Position numbers and translations under genes: made by a program. The notes beneath the pieces are model-generated. The model saw only the letters and a list, made by a program, of their open reading frames with translations, did no database searches and was not told where the DNA came from. Shown in pieces: positions 60,287 through 64,000 of a stretch of 64,000 nt of DNA; positions within the stretch are counted from its first letter, which is position 1, and each line of letters begins with the position of its first letter. Source of the DNA: Patellaria atrata CBS 101060 (taxonomy: Eukaryota); contig MU006090.1 of the NCBI GenBank assembly GCA_010093705.1, positions 124,001 through 188,000 of the forward strand, written 5' to 3'.

Positions 60287-61480
60287 TTAATGCCCAATGA
60301 TATTCTTCGGCAAATATGGCTCCTCCAAATACTTAGCCTCCTCATCCGTCAACTCAACCCTCACATTCTCCACCGCCTGATCAATCCTCTCCTTACTACT
60401 CAACCCTATGATCGGCACCACACCCTGCTTGAGACACCACGCCGTCGCAACCGCAGTCATACTGACCCCCTTCTTCTTCGCCACTTCCTCCACCCTATCC
60501 ACAATCGCCTTATCGACTTCCGTCTCCCTCGTCCTCATCATATTCTTCAGCGCCTTGTCTGTCTGCTCGCGCTTGGTGACGCGCTCGTCCCACGGTCTTG
60601 CCAACACGCCTCGGAAGATAGGCGACCAGGGGATGAGCCCGACGCCGGTATCTTTGCAGTACGGGATCATCTCGCGCTCTTCTTCGCGATAGAGGAGGTT
60701 GTAGAAGTTCTGCATGCTGATGAATTTATGCCAGTGGTTCTTTTCGGCGATGTTTTGTAGCGTTTGGAATTCCCAGGCATACATCTGATCACGGTTAGTC
60801 CCCATCCTTTGCTTGATCTCTTACGTTGGCTGATTTTGCGGGAGGTGGAATCACTTACAGACGAGGCCCCGATATACCTCACCTTCCCGCTCTCCACGAC
60901 ATCGTTGAGCGCCCTCATGATCTCCTCTCTCGGCGTCCCTCTGTCCAGCCTATGGATCTGCAACACGTCTATATACGTCCCCAGCCTCTCCACACTCGCA
61001 TCCACAGCATCAAGAATGTGCTTCCGGGACAAGCCCATCTGGTTCACGTATTCCCCATCGTTAGTCGAGACCGCCTGAATAGGTGGTTGTCCACCTTCAG
61101 GATCGACGCCAAAGTAGCATTTTGATAAAATGACGACTTTTTGCCGCGGGATATTATATTTCTTGAGGGCTTTGCCGATGATCTTCTCGCTGAGGCCGTG
61201 GGAGTAGACGTCAGCTGTATCCCAGGTGTTGAGTCCGACTTTATACGCGTGCTCGAGGAGGGGAAGTGCTTCTTCTTCGTTGATAACCCAGTCTTGCCAT
61301 TTGTCGGAACCGAAGGACATGGCACCTAGAATGACTTTGGAGACTTTGAGACCAGATTTGCCCAAGCTGGTGAGGGTATTGTTAGCATTGAGGTGCTCCA
61401 AACCGCATGGCATTCCAATGAATTGTCTCCAGGCCGATATTTACTTACTTAACGTATTGCATTTTCTTTTCTTCCGCCAT
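60287..61480 (-). CDS. Aldo-keto reductase (aryl-alcohol dehydrogenase-like, 3 exons)
   Basis: MAEEKKMQYV/ LGKSGLKVSKVILG; DTADVYS; ILSK; YIDVLQIHR; GKVRYIGASS/MYAWEF; SMQNFYNLLYREEERE; IPWSP. Confidence 0.93.
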
Positions 61481-62254
61481 AACTATTATCTAGTGTACAA
61501 TACCTGTATATATTCTATAGATATGCTCCCCTAAGCTCTTACTTGAGTCTGGTATCGATGGTATGGCTGAAGGTATATATATGGTACAATTGGACTCCAA
61601 AGGTCAAGACGTATTTTTGCCTCGACCATATTCGCTACACTCGTCATATATCGATATTATAAATGAACGGAGTTAATTGAGCCAATAGCCATGCTACACC
61701 CGAATCGCCATGACCCCCACTGCTAGCGTCATGATCGAGGCGGGGTTGGGTTCAGGTTCGCTGCTCGCCGTGTTCGGAAATCGGTATCAGTTGGGTGTAG
61801 TGTAGAGTACACCACGATTTAGTGCAATATTACTGCTTTAAGGATAAGAGGTTAGAGGTGCCGTCAGGATGATGAACCAATGTACTGAAAAATTGCAGTA
61901 TGGATGACGGGAACTGGTTTCGTCTGGATCTGGTGGGAAAGTCAGCGAACGCTAAGACGCGGTACAGCACACAGCACAAAAGGGGGAGAAGCACCGTGCC
62001 ATCAAGGTTGTCAGAATTTCACACAGAAAGAGTAGACATCAAGGTGATCAGTAGTAGCAAACCAAGGATTTCAAAAACCACATTTGTTCGGTTGCATGGG
62101 AACAAGTAGTGGTATCAGAACCTAAGCCTTACGGGCTTATATAAATTGTAAACTCAAGTAAGAAGCCAATCAATAAGTGCAGCCCACCCTAATACCGGTG
62201 CTCATAACGCCTAGCCGCTCAAGAGAGAACAACAGTAAATGACAAAGAAAGCAT

Positions 62255-63254
<1,000 letters not shown>

Positions 63255-63348
63255 TTAACGTTGAGTAGCTTCTATGTGATATGTCGTGTGGTGTGGTGTT
63301 GCAAGGGAGTGCTGTGGTGGATGTTGCTTTGGAAATGAGAATGGAAAG

Positions 63349-63371
63349 GAAGAAGAAGAAGAAGAAGAAGA
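63349..63371 (+). repeat. (GAA)n microsatellite upstream of polyubiquitin
   Basis: About 7 GAA units are directly visible; this is a pyrimidine-rich CTT tract on the gene's sense strand. Confidence 0.8.
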
Positions 63372-63497
63372 GGGAGAAGTGGAGAGCGGCGATATTTAAG
63401 GGACTGTAGGCAGGCGATTGTTAAGGCACAAGCAGCGGGCTGGTGCAGACTGGGCAGTGACACCGTTGTGAGTAATCACGCTATACCTATCTCGTGC

Positions 63498-63512
63498 TTT
63501 CGGGAAGCTTCC
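63498..63512. promoter_or_regulatory. Heat-shock element upstream of polyubiquitin
   Basis: Perfect nTTCnnGAAnnTTCn (tTTCggGAAgcTTCc) about 265 bp upstream of the UBI4 ATG. Polyubiquitin genes are classical HSF targets. Confidence 0.7.
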
Positions 63513-64000
63513 GCCTTCCGGTTGTTGCCTGCCAGGCTAGACTTCAACCCAGAACGTCAACAGCTGCTTATTACTTATTGCACTATCGCTCGGCTCGATA
63601 TGGAATTATCTAGTACTTGCAATTCAGCATGCAATCATTATTTTTGTTACAAATCTATGGAGATATTCTCGGAAGTATACCTACCCTTCGCATCCATCCT
63701 TCACTTACTACTTTCCTGCATACAGTAAGGTTAGGTTGTTACTTCAGATGTTCACGTGCGTGGCAAGTCCCCCGCCCTCCGCCGCCACTGCGTGTTAACT
63801 AACGCCGCCCCCTCCACGCCTCCTCGTGCCCGTGCTCCGCTATCGCAATTTATTAACAGCCCGTGACAGGACATAATCAGTAAACATGGCACCTGAACAC
63901 ATTTGGAATTTGAAATATACCCCATCTCATCATTGGATTATCTGACAATGGAAAGGTGTGTCCATCGCGCCACTGTAAGTTCTACAGTACGTTCGTTTGT

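Overview
Gene-dense, intron-containing fungal genomic DNA: short GT-AG introns with CTRAC/CTAAY branch points, Pezizomycotina-like, possibly a Dothideomycete (inference). About 25 protein-coding genes and one pseudogene can be supported. Most are housekeeping genes: PUS3/DEG1 (partial), a MYST acetyltransferase, NDUFA1, a Uds1-domain coiled-coil protein, an ING/PHD protein, a PLP aminotransferase, NCS6, AzgA, GH76, YME1, ETP1/BRAP2, MDP1, a USP protein, RAM1, an aldo-keto reductase and polyubiquitin. The best candidate for an undescribed system is a compact four-gene cluster at 907-7449 with no backbone synthase. It encodes a polytopic membrane protein, a membrane-anchored SAM methyltransferase, a COG2907-like flavoprotein and a membrane-anchored flavin monooxygenase, which resembles the logic of bacterial lipid acyl-chain tailoring operons. 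Other highlights are a decayed arylamine N-acetyltransferase pseudogene missed by the ORF track, a 4-nt microexon in NDUFA1, an AA9 LPMO with an altered second-sphere motif, a 6-Cys secreted protein, a ~165-nt structured non-coding element, and repeated C-to-G skew switches. Exon structures were derived by eye, and family calls rest on motif recognition, not database searches.
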